NCBI GenBank assembly: GCA_965244885.1
Contig: OZ251766.1
Span: 524,625 to 588,624 of the forward strand
Direction of reading: 5' to 3'
Length of the DNA stretch: 64,000 nucleotides
Source of the DNA: Candidatus Pelagibacterales bacterium
GTDB lineage: Bacteria > Pseudomonadota > Alphaproteobacteria > Pelagibacterales > Pelagibacteraceae
Position 1 is the stretch's first letter, and the number at the start of each line of letters is the position of its first letter. Below are positions 1 through 10,694 of this stretch, piece by piece. A program made the translations under genes and the position numbers. The notes beneath the pieces were generated by a model that had not been told where the DNA came from, made no database searches, and saw only the letters and a program-made list of their open reading frames with translations.

Positions 1-650
1 GGTTAAAAGATTTGGTTGAGATGTTAGAAAGTGGTGAAAATCCAGAACATTTTTTTGAATATACAAAACTTCAGTTATTTCAGGATCAGGTTTTTTGTTT
101 TACACCAAAGGGCGCCCTTATTCGTCTACCTGCAAATGCAACACCTATAGATTTTGCTTATGCCGTGCACACTGAAATTGGAGATAAATGTATTGGTTGT
201 AAAATTAATGGAAAAGAATCCCCATTACAAAGCATTCTTCAAAATGGTGATGAAGTTCAAATTACTACATCTTCAAAACCATCGCCTTCGATGTACTGGT
301 CAGCAATTGCAAAAACAGGAAAAGCTAGAGCAGCCGTTAGAAGATATTGGAATTTAAGAAAGACAGAAAAAAAATATGATGAAAAGACTTATGATACTAG
401 TTTATGGGTTCTTTTAAGTCACAAAGCAGGGACTTTGGGAGAAGTTTGTACATTGATAGGAAAACATAAGTGTAACATTTCAAATGTAGAGTTAGTGGAT
501 AAAAAAGATGATTTTATAAGTTTTATTTTTGATTTAGAGATTAAAAACTTAAAAGACTTTACTAATTTAGTTTCAGAAATCAAACAACAGGGAATAAATT
601 TTAAAATTATAAGAAATAGAAAAGCAAATGTTGACAGAAAAAAAAACTAA
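1..650 (+). CDS. spoT: RelA/SpoT (p)ppGpp synthetase/hydrolase, C-terminal part (5' end outside the window)
   Basis: TGS domain (FCFTPKG...ATPIDFAYAVHTEIG) and C-terminal ACT domain; frame open from the window edge; upstream of pyrE-pdxJ-acpS. Confidence 0.93.
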   Translation, partial: LKDLVEMLESGENPEHFFEYTKLQLFQDQVFCFTPKGALIRLPANATPIDFAYAVHTEIGDKCIGCKINGKESPLQSILQNGDEVQITTSSKPSPSMYWSAIAKTGKARAAVRRYWNLRKTEKKYDEKTYDTSLWVLLSHKAGTLGEVCTLIGKHKCNISNVELVDKKDDFISFIFDLEIKNLKDFTNLVSEIKQQGINFKIIRNRKANVDRKKN

Positions 651-1212
651 AGAAATTTTTGTAAAAACTAAAGCACTATTACAGGGGCATTTTATTTTAT
701 CATCAGGCCTGCGCAGTGAACAATACTTACAATGTGCAAAATTATTAATGTATCCAAAGCAATCAGAATTAATTTGTAAATCACTTGCCCAAAAAATAAA
801 AAAAGTTTTTAAAAAAATAGATTTAGTTGTAGCACCAGCCATGGGAGGAATTATTGTTGGATATGAAGTTGCCAGACATTTAAAAGTACCTTCAATTTTT
901 ACAGAAAGAGTTTCTGGAGAATTTCAATTAAGACGTGGTTTTGAAATTAAGGCAGGCGCAAAAGTATTAATTGTGGAAGATGTTATTACAACAGGTAAAT
1001 CCAGCATGGAATGTGCTAAAGTAATAAAAAAACACAAAGGACATGTCGTAGGATTTGCATGCATCGTAGATCGTTCAAATAACAAAAGTTCTATTAATTT
1101 AAAAATTGTTTCACAAATTACTTTTAATATTCCAACTTATCGTGAAGATGAAATTCCAGATAAATTAAAATCTATTCAAGCAATAAAGCCAGGTAGTAGA
1201 AATTTAGCCTAA
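628..1212 (+). CDS. pyrE: Orotate phosphoribosyltransferase
   Basis: GHFILSSG motif; PRPP loop VLIVEDVITTGKS; C-terminal KPGSR. Confidence 0.95.
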   Translation: MLTEKKTKEIFVKTKALLQGHFILSSGLRSEQYLQCAKLLMYPKQSELICKSLAQKIKKVFKKIDLVVAPAMGGIIVGYEVARHLKVPSIFTERVSGEFQLRRGFEIKAGAKVLIVEDVITTGKSSMECAKVIKKHKGHVVGFACIVDRSNNKSSINLKIVSQITFNIPTYREDEIPDKLKSIQAIKPGSRNLA

Positions 1213-1947
1213 ATGAGAAAAAGAATTAGATTAGGCTTTAATATTGATCATGTAGCCACAGTAAGAAATGCCAGAGGAGATGATTATCCATCACCCCTAA
1301 AAGCTGCAATTATAGCTCAAAATAATGGGGCAGATTCAATAACAGTTCATCTAAGAGAAGATCGAAGACATATTCGAGATCACGATTTAATTGAGCTCAA
1401 AAAAAAAATTAGAATTCCTATAAATTTAGAAATGGCATTAACTCCTGAGATGCTTAAAATTGCGTTAAAACTTAAACCCAAATACGCATGCATTGTTCCA
1501 GAAAAAAGAAAGGAAGTAACAACAGAAGGCGGTTTAAACTTAAATTACAAAACAAATTATTTAAAAAAAGTTATTCACTTATTAAAAAATAAAAATATTG
1601 AGGTTTCATTATTTATAGAACCAGATTTAAAAACCGTTCATTTAGCTAAAAAGTTAGGCTCAGATAATATTGAGTTGCATACCGGAAAATATTGTAGATT
1701 TTTTAGAGAAAAAAATAATTTAGGTATTAAAAAAGAATTTTTAAAAATTAAAAATTCTGCAAAACTTGGAAAAACTATAAATTTGGGAGTACATGCTGGA
1801 CACGGTTTGAATTATCAAACATCTAAAAAAATATCACAGATTGATGAAATTTCAGAATTGAATATTGGTCATTTTTTTATATCAGAGTCGATATTTTTTG
1901 GTATAGCTAATGTCCTTAAAAAGTTTAATAAAATTTTAAAACGATGA
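1213..1947 (+). CDS. pdxJ: Pyridoxine 5'-phosphate synthase
   Basis: NIDHVATVRNARG, HLREDRRHI, TTEGGL, HAGHGL, ELNIGH. Confidence 0.97.
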   Translation: MRKRIRLGFNIDHVATVRNARGDDYPSPLKAAIIAQNNGADSITVHLREDRRHIRDHDLIELKKKIRIPINLEMALTPEMLKIALKLKPKYACIVPEKRKEVTTEGGLNLNYKTNYLKKVIHLLKNKNIEVSLFIEPDLKTVHLAKKLGSDNIELHTGKYCRFFREKNNLGIKKEFLKIKNSAKLGKTINLGVHAGHGLNYQTSKKISQIDEISELNIGHFFISESIFFGIANVLKKFNKILKR

Positions 1948-2333
1948 ATATAATTGGGCTTGGAACAGATATTGTAAATATTAATAGAATACAAAAAATT
2001 TATTCTAAATATGGTAATCATTTTTTAGATAAAATTTTAACTGAATCTGAAAAGAAAATTGAGAGTAAAACACATAAGTTAAAAAATATTGCAGCAATTG
2101 CAAAAAAATTTGCAGCTAAGGAAGCTGTTTCTAAAGCTATTGGCTATGGTTTTTCAAAAGGAATTCATTTTAAAAATATCGAAATATACAGTGATAAAAA
2201 CGGCAAGCCTTGCGCCAATATAAATGGCAAGGCAAAAATAATACTTAGCAAAATATCAAAAAAATATAATATTTTTTTAACCTTATCTGATGATAAACCT
2301 TGGGCTGTTGCTACGGCCCTAATTACCTCTTAA
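1944..2333 (+). CDS. acpS: Holo-ACP synthase
   Basis: GLGTDIV, FAAKEAVSKA, GKP, LSD motifs; pdxJ-acpS-lepB order. Confidence 0.95.
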   Translation: MNIIGLGTDIVNINRIQKIYSKYGNHFLDKILTESEKKIESKTHKLKNIAAIAKKFAAKEAVSKAIGYGFSKGIHFKNIEIYSDKNGKPCANINGKAKIILSKISKKYNIFLTLSDDKPWAVATALITS

Positions 2334-3058
2334 TGAAAAAAATTATTATTGAAAATGTTAAGACACTTGTCTTTGCGTTTATAATTGCATTATTTATTAG
2401 AAGTTTTTTTTTTCAGCCTTTTTATATTCCTTCATCCTCAATGGAGGAGAATTTATTAGTAGGAGATCGATTATTTGTTTCTAAATTTACTTATGGATAC
2501 AGCAAACACTCTTTGCCTTTTAGTCCTAATATTTCTGATAAAAGAATTTTTTTTTCTTCTCCTGAAAGGGGAGATGTAATTGTTTTTAAAACCCCAGAAG
2601 ATAACGATACAGATTATATTAAACGTTTAATAGGACTTCCGGGTGATAAAATTCAAATGATCAATAGCATTCTTCATATTAACAATAAGCCCATAAAAAG
2701 AGAATTTATCAAAAATGATTTTGTACTTTGTGGGGGATCTAAAATTAAATCAAATTTTTATCTTGAGACACTCCCAAATGGAAAGTCGTATTTAGCCGTT
2801 TATTCTGAAAGAAATTCTTCAAAAGATACGGATCCTTATTTAATCCCTCAAAATAAATTTTTTTTTATGGGTGATAATAGAGATTGTTCACAAGACAGTA
2901 GATATCTTTCTAGCGTTGGTTATGTTGATAAAATTAACTTAGTAGGTAAAGCGCAAATATTATTCTTTTCAAATAATGAGGAAATAGGAAATTTTTTTAC
3001 CTTTTGGAAATGGCACGAGTCAATAAGATTTAATAGAATTTTAAAATTTATTAAATGA
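2333..3058 (+). CDS. lepB: Signal peptidase I
   Basis: PFYIPSSSM (catalytic Ser), YIKRLIGLPGD (Lys), GDNRDCSQDSR; start moved to ATG 2333, which overlaps the acpS stop. Confidence 0.95.
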   Translation: MKKIIIENVKTLVFAFIIALFIRSFFFQPFYIPSSSMEENLLVGDRLFVSKFTYGYSKHSLPFSPNISDKRIFFSSPERGDVIVFKTPEDNDTDYIKRLIGLPGDKIQMINSILHINNKPIKREFIKNDFVLCGGSKIKSNFYLETLPNGKSYLAVYSERNSSKDTDPYLIPQNKFFFMGDNRDCSQDSRYLSSVGYVDKINLVGKAQILFFSNNEEIGNFFTFWKWHESIRFNRILKFIK

Positions 3059-3735
3059 TTTCTGCAAATAAGATCAGTGAAGTAGAGAGTATTATTGGTG
3101 TTAAATTTTTAAATAAAAAGCTCTTATCACAAGCTTTGGTTCATAAAAGTTTTTCTAACGACAATTCTGACAATAATGAAATTTTAGAATTTTTAGGAGA
3201 TAGAGTTTTAGGATTAGTGCTTGCCAAGAAATTAATCAATTTATATCCAAATGACAAAGAAGGTCAGCTTGATAAAAGATTAGCCTCTTTAATAAATAAA
3301 AAAGTTTGCGCTAAAGTTTTAGAAAAATATGATTTATTAAAATTTATATCAGTTAGTAAAGCGCAAAAAAAAATTAAAACAGGAAATATAAAAATTTTTG
3401 GTGACTTGTGCGAGTCATTAATAGGCGCGATTTACATTGATAGGGGTTTTGAAACTGCTGAGGATTTTATTTTTGATTTATGGAAAGATCAGTTAATACA
3501 ATCAGGCGAAATTAAAATTGATGCAAAGACAAAACTACAAGAATTATCATTAAAACTTTATAAAGAACTTCCGAAATATAAAGATTTATCAACTTCAGGA
3601 CCTGCACATAAACCTATTTTTAAGGTTTCAGTTATTATTAAAAAATCTAAATCGTTTACTGGTGAAGGATCCTCAAAAAGAAATGCTGAACAAAAAGCGG
3701 CTGAGTCATTATTGAATAGTCTAGAGAATGAATAA
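3055..3735 (+). CDS. rnc: Ribonuclease III
   Basis: NEILEFLGDRVLG signature; C-terminal dsRBD. Confidence 0.96.
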   Translation: MISANKISEVESIIGVKFLNKKLLSQALVHKSFSNDNSDNNEILEFLGDRVLGLVLAKKLINLYPNDKEGQLDKRLASLINKKVCAKVLEKYDLLKFISVSKAQKKIKTGNIKIFGDLCESLIGAIYIDRGFETAEDFIFDLWKDQLIQSGEIKIDAKTKLQELSLKLYKELPKYKDLSTSGPAHKPIFKVSVIIKKSKSFTGEGSSKRNAEQKAAESLLNSLENE

Positions 3736-4561
3736 AAAGAGAATAGGCTACGCATGTATCATTGGACCAACTAATGCTGGTAAATCAACATTATTAAATA
3801 CAATTTTTAAAAAAAAAATATCGATAGTTTCTCATAAAGTTCAAACAACAAATTTTGCAATAGAAGTTGTGAAGTATCACAAAGATAATAAGATTATTTT
3901 TATAGATACCCCAGGATTATATAATAAGAAAAATAACACTAATTTTTTAAATGACGTTAATGTTGAAGTTAAAAGATCTGACGTCATTGTAATAATTTTG
4001 GATATTTCTATTCATTTATTTTATGAGGAAATTCTAGAAAAAATTATAAAAAACACTAAAAAACCAAAAATTTTAGTATTTAATAAAATTGATAAAGTTT
4101 CACAGGAGTTTGCAATTAAAGAAATTAATAAATCCAAATTTGTTAAAAATTTTGATGAAATTTATTATGTTTCAGCATTAAAAAATAAAAATATAAATAA
4201 TCTTTTAGATGGAATTGTTGCAAAACTTCCAGAGGGTGACTTTGAAAATTCTATTAACTTTGAAACAAATATTTCTAAAGATGTATTTTTTTCTGAACTT
4301 ACACGTGAAGCAGTATTTAAGTATTTAAATCAAGAATTGCCATATCAGATTTATGTTAAGACTTATAAATTTGAGAAAGAAAATAGAAATTATAAAATTT
4401 ATCAAACTATTTATGTTAAAAATGATAATCATAAAAAAATCGTTTTAGGAAAAAATGGTAGTGTCATTAAAAAAATTGGTATTTCAGCTAGAAAAGAAAT
4501 TGAAAAGTTATTTAAACATAAGGTTAGTTTATTTTTAGAAGTACAAACATCTAAGCAATGA
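3728..4561 (+). CDS. era: GTPase Era
   Basis: GPTNAGKST, DTPG, NKID, ELPY and KH domain. Confidence 0.95.
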   Translation: MNKKRIGYACIIGPTNAGKSTLLNTIFKKKISIVSHKVQTTNFAIEVVKYHKDNKIIFIDTPGLYNKKNNTNFLNDVNVEVKRSDVIVIILDISIHLFYEEILEKIIKNTKKPKILVFNKIDKVSQEFAIKEINKSKFVKNFDEIYYVSALKNKNINNLLDGIVAKLPEGDFENSINFETNISKDVFFSELTREAVFKYLNQELPYQIYVKTYKFEKENRNYKIYQTIYVKNDNHKKIVLGKNGSVIKKIGISARKEIEKLFKHKVSLFLEVQTSKQ

Positions 4562-5208
4562 CTTGGGGTGATGAAGGGTACATATTAGGAGTTAATATAT
4601 ATGGAGAAAACTCCTCTATTATAAGCATTCTTTCCAAAGAGCACGGACATCATAAAGGTATAATTTATGGAGGAACTTCTTCAAAATTAAAAAAACTTAT
4701 TCATATAGGCAATAAAATCAAAGTTACTTGGAAGTCAAAATCAGAAGATGCAATTGGTTATTATAATTTTGAATTAATTGATGCAGTAGCTCCAAAGTAT
4801 TTTGATAATGATAAAAAATTAACAGCAATATTATCTGCAACGAGTATTTGTCTAAAAATATTACCCGAAAGAAATACCTATTTAACAGTTTATAATTATT
4901 TTGAAGATTTATTTAATTCTTTAAATTCTAATGAATTTTTTAGAAAATATGTTTTATGGGAAAGATTTCTATTGTCTGAATTAGGTTATAACGTTGATTT
5001 AGAAAATAAAGATTCTTTAAAATTATTTAATCAAAATATAACTTATCCACAATACTTTTATGACAATTTAGCGCCCTTTACTGATAAAGACATTTACAAT
5101 GGCTTATTAATTAATAAGCATCAATTATTAAATTATATATTTGAACCGAATAAAGTTAAATTTCCTTATTACAGAATAAAATTAGAGAATTTTTTTAATG
5201 AAAAATAA
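4558..5208 (+). CDS. recO: DNA repair protein RecO
   Basis: N-terminal W.DEG.IL...YGE OB fold, LPER, LLSELGY; rnc-era-recO order. Confidence 0.88.
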   Translation: MTWGDEGYILGVNIYGENSSIISILSKEHGHHKGIIYGGTSSKLKKLIHIGNKIKVTWKSKSEDAIGYYNFELIDAVAPKYFDNDKKLTAILSATSICLKILPERNTYLTVYNYFEDLFNSLNSNEFFRKYVLWERFLLSELGYNVDLENKDSLKLFNQNITYPQYFYDNLAPFTDKDIYNGLLINKHQLLNYIFEPNKVKFPYYRIKLENFFNEK

Positions 5209-7450
5209 AGATAATATTTTAAATGCATCTTTAGCAACTGAGTTTAGCCAAAAGTATCTAGCATATGCATTGTCAACTATTACACATAGAGCGTTACCCG
5301 ATGTTAGAGATGGATTGAAGCCAGTTCACCGTCGATTACTTTATGCGATGTATCTTCTAAATTTAGGGTCAAAATTACAACCTAAGAAATCAGCAAGAGT
5401 CGTGGGTGATGTTATCGGTAAATTTCATCCCCATGGTGATCAGTCGGTTTATGATGCTTTAGTAAGACTAGCCCAAGATTTTTCAATTCGTTATCCATTA
5501 ATAAATGGGCAAGGAAATTTTGGAAATATCGACGGAGATAATGCTGCCGCGATGCGATACACAGAGGCAAAACTTACAGAAATTTCAGAGCTTTTGCTTG
5601 AAAATATAAATGAGGAAACAGTCGATTTTAAAAGTACATATGATGGTGATTTACAGGAGCCACTAGTATTTCCAGCAAAATTTCCAAACTTATTAGCAAA
5701 TGGGGCATCAGGAATTGCAGTTGGAATGGCAACAAGCATACCACCGCACAATATTGTTGAAATCTGTGAAGGATTAAAAATTGTTAATCATGACAAAAAT
5801 GCTTCAATCAAAGAATTGTTAAAAGTATTACCAGGACCTGATTTTCCAACAGGCGGGATTTTAAATAATAATAAGTCTGAAATATTAAAAGCTTACACGA
5901 GTGGAAAAGGTTTTTTTGAACTGAGATCTTCTTATAAAATTGAGGATTTGGGCAGAGGTCAATATCAGATTTCTATTAATGAAATTCCTTATCAGGTCAG
6001 TAAATCAAGCTTAATAGAAAAAATAGCAGATCTAATTATAAGTAAAAAAAATAAATTAATTGATAATGTAATAGATGAATCTGATCATTTAGTTCGCATT
6101 GTTATTCGTCCAAAAAATCGAAATGTTAAACCAGAAGTATTAATGGAAAGTTTGTTTAGACAAACTGATTTACAGGTAAGAATTCCTTTAAATATGAATG
6201 TTTTGAATTCAAAACTTCAGCCAAAAGTAATGTCTATTAAAGAAGTTTTGGTAAATTTTTTATCACATCGTTATGAAGTCTTAAGCAGAAAATCTGAATT
6301 TAGATTAAAGAATATTAAAAACAGAATAGAAATTTTAATTGGGTTTATTAAAGTTTATCATAATTTAGATAAAATTATTAAAATTATAAGAAATGCAGAA
6401 GATCCAAAATTACAATTAATTAAAAAATTTAAATTTACACAAAATCAAGTAAACGCAATTTTAGATATGCGATTAAGAAACCTTAGGAAGTTAGAAGAAA
6501 AAGAAATTAAACAGGAATATAAAGATTTATTATCTGAAAAAAACTTTTTAACCAAATTACTATCTTCTAAATCTTTACAAAAAAAAGAAATAGATAGCGA
6601 AATAGATTTTTTGATTAAAAAATTTAAAGACGATCCTTTATTAGGAAAAAGAAGAACTAAATTAGATAAATTTGGAAGCGTTAATGAAGAAACCTTTGAT
6701 TATGAGATTAAATCTGATGATCCTTTAACAATTACTGTTCTTAAAAATGGTTTTATTAAATCTCAAAAATCCTTTGTTAAGAATTTAGAAGAGCAAATTG
6801 GAAATGAAAATAGCTCTTTATTAATACACGCACGTTCCAATGATAAAATTATATTGGCATCAAATTTTGGTAAATTTTACACCATTGAAGCGGATAACAT
6901 TTTAACAGGATCCTCAACGGGAAGACCCATCTCTTCTTATTTGTCACTGACTGATAATGAAAAAATTATTGATTGTTTTAGATTTGATAGTGAAAGTGAA
7001 ATTTTTATTTATACGAAGAGTGGATATGGTTTTATTGCTTTAGAAAAAAATCTTGAAACTAATAAAAAAACAGGAAAAAAAGTAATGAATGTTAAAGGCG
7101 ATGATATTGTTATTGGAGTTTCTAAAGTCATTAAAGATTCAGACTCGGCTGCAATTATTTGTGATTCAGATGGAAAAAATAAGATGCTAGCATTCAATAT
7201 TAACGAACTACCAAAGTTAGATAAGGGCAGAGGGGTTATTTTAGTGAAAGGTAAATCTCTAAAAGTTACTAATGCCACCATATTTAATTCAAAGTCAGTT
7301 ATCAAAGATCAAATGGATAAAACTATGTTTGATAAATCGACAATTGAGAATAATTACGGAAAGAGAGCTCAGTCAGGAAAAATTATTAAGAATTATAAAA
7401 ATCAGATTATGAATAGAAATTTTGAAAATAATATTAGATGTCATTTGTAA
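5198..7450 (+). CDS. parC: DNA topoisomerase IV subunit A
   Basis: [29 protein letters not shown]; no GyrA-box and short CTD; a true gyrA lies elsewhere in the window. Confidence 0.92.
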   Translation: MKNKDNILNASLATEFSQKYLAYALSTITHRALPDVRDGLKPVHRRLLYAMYLLNLGSKLQPKKSARVVGDVIGKFHPHGDQSVYDALVRLAQDFSIRYPLINGQGNFGNIDGDNAAAMRYTEAKLTEISELLLENINEETVDFKSTYDGDLQEPLVFPAKFPNLLANGASGIAVGMATSIPPHNIVEICEGLKIVNHDKNASIKELLKVLPGPDFPTGGILNNNKSEILKAYTSGKGFFELRSSYKIEDLGRGQYQISINEIPYQVSKSSLIEKIADLIISKKNKLIDNVIDESDHLVRIVIRPKNRNVKPEVLMESLFRQTDLQVRIPLNMNVLNSKLQPKVMSIKEVLVNFLSHRYEVLSRKSEFRLKNIKNRIEILIGFIKVYHNLDKIIKIIRNAEDPKLQLIKKFKFTQNQVNAILDMRLRNLRKLEEKEIKQEYKDLLSEKNFLTKLLSSKSLQKKEIDSEIDFLIKKFKDDPLLGKRRTKLDKFGSVNEETFDYEIKSDDPLTITVLKNGFIKSQKSFVKNLEEQIGNENSSLLIHARSNDKIILASNFGKFYTIEADNILTGSSTGRPISSYLSLTDNEKIIDCFRFDSESEIFIYTKSGYGFIALEKNLETNKKTGKKVMNVKGDDIVIGVSKVIKDSDSAAIICDSDGKNKMLAFNINELPKLDKGRGVILVKGKSLKVTNATIFNSKSVIKDQMDKTMFDKSTIENNYGKRAQSGKIIKNYKNQIMNRNFENNIRCHL

Positions 7451-7454
7451 TAGT

Positions 7455-7907
7455 ATGAATATTTCTAGATATAAAAAAGTTTTGTCAAAATATGCAACTG
7501 GAATTTCAGTTGTTGTAAAAAAAGATAAAAAAAATTTAGTTACAGGTATTACAGTTAATTCTTTTGTCTCAATATCTTTAAAACCTGCATATATTTCTTG
7601 GAGTTTAGACAAAACAACTTCTAGTTTTAAAAAATTTAAAAATTTAAAAATTTTTAATATTTATATTTTATCAGAAAAACAAATTGAGGTTTCAAATTAT
7701 TTTTCATCAAAAAATGAAGTAAAAAAAAATTCAGTTATAGCAAAAAATTTATTAAAATATAATCTTGCAGAGCTGAATTGCAAAATAATTAAAAAAATGA
7801 ATATTGGCGATCATTTGTTCTTTGTTGCAAAAGTTATTAAATTTAAATTAAAAAAAGATCAGAAACCTCTAATTTATTTTGCGAGTAAATATAAAAAATT
7901 ATTTTGA
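7455..7907 (+). CDS. Flavin reductase family protein
   Basis: YATGISVV...GITVNSFVSISLKP...GDH...PLIYF pattern; start moved to ATG 7455. Confidence 0.85.
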   Translation: MNISRYKKVLSKYATGISVVVKKDKKNLVTGITVNSFVSISLKPAYISWSLDKTTSSFKKFKNLKIFNIYILSEKQIEVSNYFSSKNEVKKNSVIAKNLLKYNLAELNCKIIKKMNIGDHLFFVAKVIKFKLKKDQKPLIYFASKYKKLF

Positions 7908-8882
7908 TAAGTATTTTTCTATTACTTCATTAGCAAAGTAAGAAACAATTGCATTGGCTCCAGCTCTTTTAAAACTATAAATTACTTCAAGAATAATATC
8001 TTCATTTGCTAAAGATGACTTAATACCATTTTTAATTAAGCTATATTCACCAGAAACATTGTAAGCAAAAACAGGTACATTAAATTTTTGTTTAATTTTA
8101 TAAATAATATCAAGATAAGCTAACGCTGGTTTAACCATTACAAAATCTGCTCCTTCATCTAGATCTAATTTAACTTCTAATAGAGCTTCTTCTGAATTTC
8201 TATAATCCATTTGATAAGTTTTTTTATCAGATTTAAGAGTTGAAGATGTACCGACCGCATCTCTAAAAGGTGAGTAAAAATTTGAAGCATACTTAACGGC
8301 ATAAGATAATATCTGAACATTAAAAAATTTATTTTTTTCTAAAGCATTTCTTATTAAACCAATTCTTCCATCCATCATGTCAGATGGGGCAATAATATCG
8401 CAACCAGCCTGAGCTTGTATTAAAGCTTGCTTAATTAAAACTTTGTTTGTTTCATCATTATCAATTTCATCATTGATAATCAGACCATCGTGACCATGAG
8501 AAGTGTAAGGATCTAAAGCTACATCACACATAACACCAATATCCTTATTTAATTTTTTTACTTGGTGTATTGCATCACAAATTACATTATTTTTATTTAA
8601 AGCCTCTGTTCCTTTATTATTTTTTTTAGAACTCTCAATTAATGGAAAAATAGCAACAACAGGTATTTGATTTTTTGAAGCTCTTGAAATTATTTCATCT
8701 AATCTGTCTATGGAATATCTAAAAATTCCAGGCATGGATTTAATTTCTTGCTTCTTATTTTTACCTTCGCAAACAAAAATGGGTAATATAAAATCAGATT
8801 TATCAAGGTAAGTGTCATTTATTAGTCGTCTAGACCATTCTGACTTTCTATTTCTTCTTAATCTAGTACTAGGAAACTTCAT
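7899..8882 (-). CDS. hemB: Porphobilinogen synthase (ALA dehydratase)
   Basis: DVALDPYTSHGHDG, APSDMMDGR, MVKPA, AYNVSGEY. Confidence 0.97.
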   Translation of the reverse strand: MKFPSTRLRRNRKSEWSRRLINDTYLDKSDFILPIFVCEGKNKKQEIKSMPGIFRYSIDRLDEIISRASKNQIPVVAIFPLIESSKKNNKGTEALNKNNVICDAIHQVKKLNKDIGVMCDVALDPYTSHGHDGLIINDEIDNDETNKVLIKQALIQAQAGCDIIAPSDMMDGRIGLIRNALEKNKFFNVQILSYAVKYASNFYSPFRDAVGTSSTLKSDKKTYQMDYRNSEEALLEVKLDLDEGADFVMVKPALAYLDIIYKIKQKFNVPVFAYNVSGEYSLIKNGIKSSLANEDIILEVIYSFKRAGANAIVSYFANEVIEKYLSK

Positions 8883-8960
8883 GAAAATTTAATATTTAAT
8901 GCGACAATACAGCAAAAGTATATATTTGAAAAAAGTATTTTCTATAGGGTAATATTAGTT

Positions 8961-10181
8961 ATGAGCATAGATTACGATCTTATTTTTAACAGTGCATTAA
9001 AGGATCTAAGACAAGAAGGTCGTTATAGAGTTTTCAATAACATTACTCGAAAAAAAGGCGAGTTTCCAAAAGCAGTTTATAATAATCAATACGGCATTAA
9101 ATCAGATGTAACAATCTGGTGCAGTAATGATTATTTAGGAATGGGGCAAAATCCATTGGTAGTTGATGCATTTGTAAATGCTGTAAATTTAGTTGGAGCC
9201 GGCGCTGGCGGAACAAGAAATATTTCTGGCACATCAAATTACCATGTTGAATTAGAAAATGAGTTAGCAAGATTTCATAATAAAGACGGAGCTTTAATTT
9301 TTACGTCTGGTTACATTGCAAATGAGTGTGCACTAAGCACGTTAGCTAAATTTTTACCTAAATGTATTATTTTTTCAGATGAAAATAATCATGCATCAAT
9401 GATTGAAGGTATTAGAAAAGGTAATTCTGATAAATTTATCTGGAAACATAATGACGTTGATCATCTTGAATATCTTTTAAAAAATTCTAATAAAGACTAT
9501 CCAAAAATTGTAGCATTTGAATCTGTTTATTCAATGGATGGTGATTTTGCGCCAATAAAGAAAATAATTGAAGTTTCTAAAAAATATAATGCACTCACTT
9601 ATCTAGATGAGGTTCATGGAGTTGGACTGTATGGAAAAAATGGAGGAGGGTTATCAGAGCAACTTGGTTTGACATCAGAGATAGACATTATTGAAGGCAC
9701 GCTTGCAAAAGGCTTTGGACTTATGGGTGGATATATTACAGCAAAATCTAATATTATTGATGTAATAAGATCTTTTGCTCCAGGATTTATTTTTACAACT
9801 TCTTTGCCACCAAGTTTAGCTGCTGCTGCAGTTGCAAGTATTCGATATGTAAAAAATAATTATAGTTTAAGAGAAGCTCTTTATGAAAGAGCAGATAAAT
9901 TAAAAAAATTGATGCTGGCTAAGAATTTGCCAATTATAAAAAATAACAGTCACATAGTTCCTCTGTTAGTAAAAGACCCCGTAAGATGTAAGGAAATCTC
10001 AGATATTTTGCTCAACGATTATTCAATATATGTTCAACCAATAAATTACCCAACTGTTCCTAGAGGATTAGAGAGACTTAGATTCACACCAACACCTTTG
10101 CATGATGATTCTAAGTTAGAATTTCTTGTGAATGCCCTTGATCAAATTTGGAGAGAATTAAAACTTTCAAGAGCGGCTTAA
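8961..10181 (+). CDS. hemA: 5-aminolevulinate synthase (Shemin pathway)
   Basis: WCSNDYLGM, GAGGTRNISG, DEVHGVG, GTLAK, FIFTTSLPP. Confidence 0.97.
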   Translation: MSIDYDLIFNSALKDLRQEGRYRVFNNITRKKGEFPKAVYNNQYGIKSDVTIWCSNDYLGMGQNPLVVDAFVNAVNLVGAGAGGTRNISGTSNYHVELENELARFHNKDGALIFTSGYIANECALSTLAKFLPKCIIFSDENNHASMIEGIRKGNSDKFIWKHNDVDHLEYLLKNSNKDYPKIVAFESVYSMDGDFAPIKKIIEVSKKYNALTYLDEVHGVGLYGKNGGGLSEQLGLTSEIDIIEGTLAKGFGLMGGYITAKSNIIDVIRSFAPGFIFTTSLPPSLAAAAVASIRYVKNNYSLREALYERADKLKKLMLAKNLPIIKNNSHIVPLLVKDPVRCKEISDILLNDYSIYVQPINYPTVPRGLERLRFTPTPLHDDSKLEFLVNALDQIWRELKLSRAA

Positions 10182-10245
10182 TACATAAAAATTATTAATT
10201 ATCTTTTTAATATACAAGCTATTTTGAAGTTGGTAATTAACTATT

Positions 10246-10689
10246 GTGTCTAAATCATTAACTAAATCAGTCGTTATAGCCTCTGACCATGCTGGTTTTT
10301 TAATGAAAGAAAAAGTAAAATTTTTTTTAAATAAATCTAAAATTAAACCATTAGATCTTGGAACTTTTTCAGAAGAAAGAGTTGATTATCCAGATTATGC
10401 TAAAAAACTTGCTCTATTAGTAAAAAAAAAAACTTCTTTTGGAATATTAATTTGTGGTTCTGGAATAGGAGTTTCTATTGCAGCCAATAGGTTTAAAAAA
10501 GTAAGAGCAGCGGTTTGTTATAATCAAAAATCTGCATCTTTGGCTAGAAAACATAACAATGCTAATGTTTTATGTTTGGGAGCTAGATTAATAAGTTTAA
10601 AAAATGCGCAAAAAATTGTATATACTTTTATTAGTACCAAGTTTGAGGGTGGCAGACATATAAATAGATTAAAAAAATTAGATAAGTAA
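10246..10689 (+). CDS. rpiB: Ribose-5-phosphate isomerase B
   Basis: SDHAG, DYPD, CGSGIG, HNNANVL, FEGGRH. Confidence 0.96.
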   Translation: MSKSLTKSVVIASDHAGFLMKEKVKFFLNKSKIKPLDLGTFSEERVDYPDYAKKLALLVKKKTSFGILICGSGIGVSIAANRFKKVRAAVCYNQKSASLARKHNNANVLCLGARLISLKNAQKIVYTFISTKFEGGRHINRLKKLDK

Positions 10690-10694
10690 ATAAT

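Noticed and set aside
8900-8914. TGCGACA RegA/PrrA-like half site between hemB and hemA
   Set aside because: Only one half site matches; insufficient evidence
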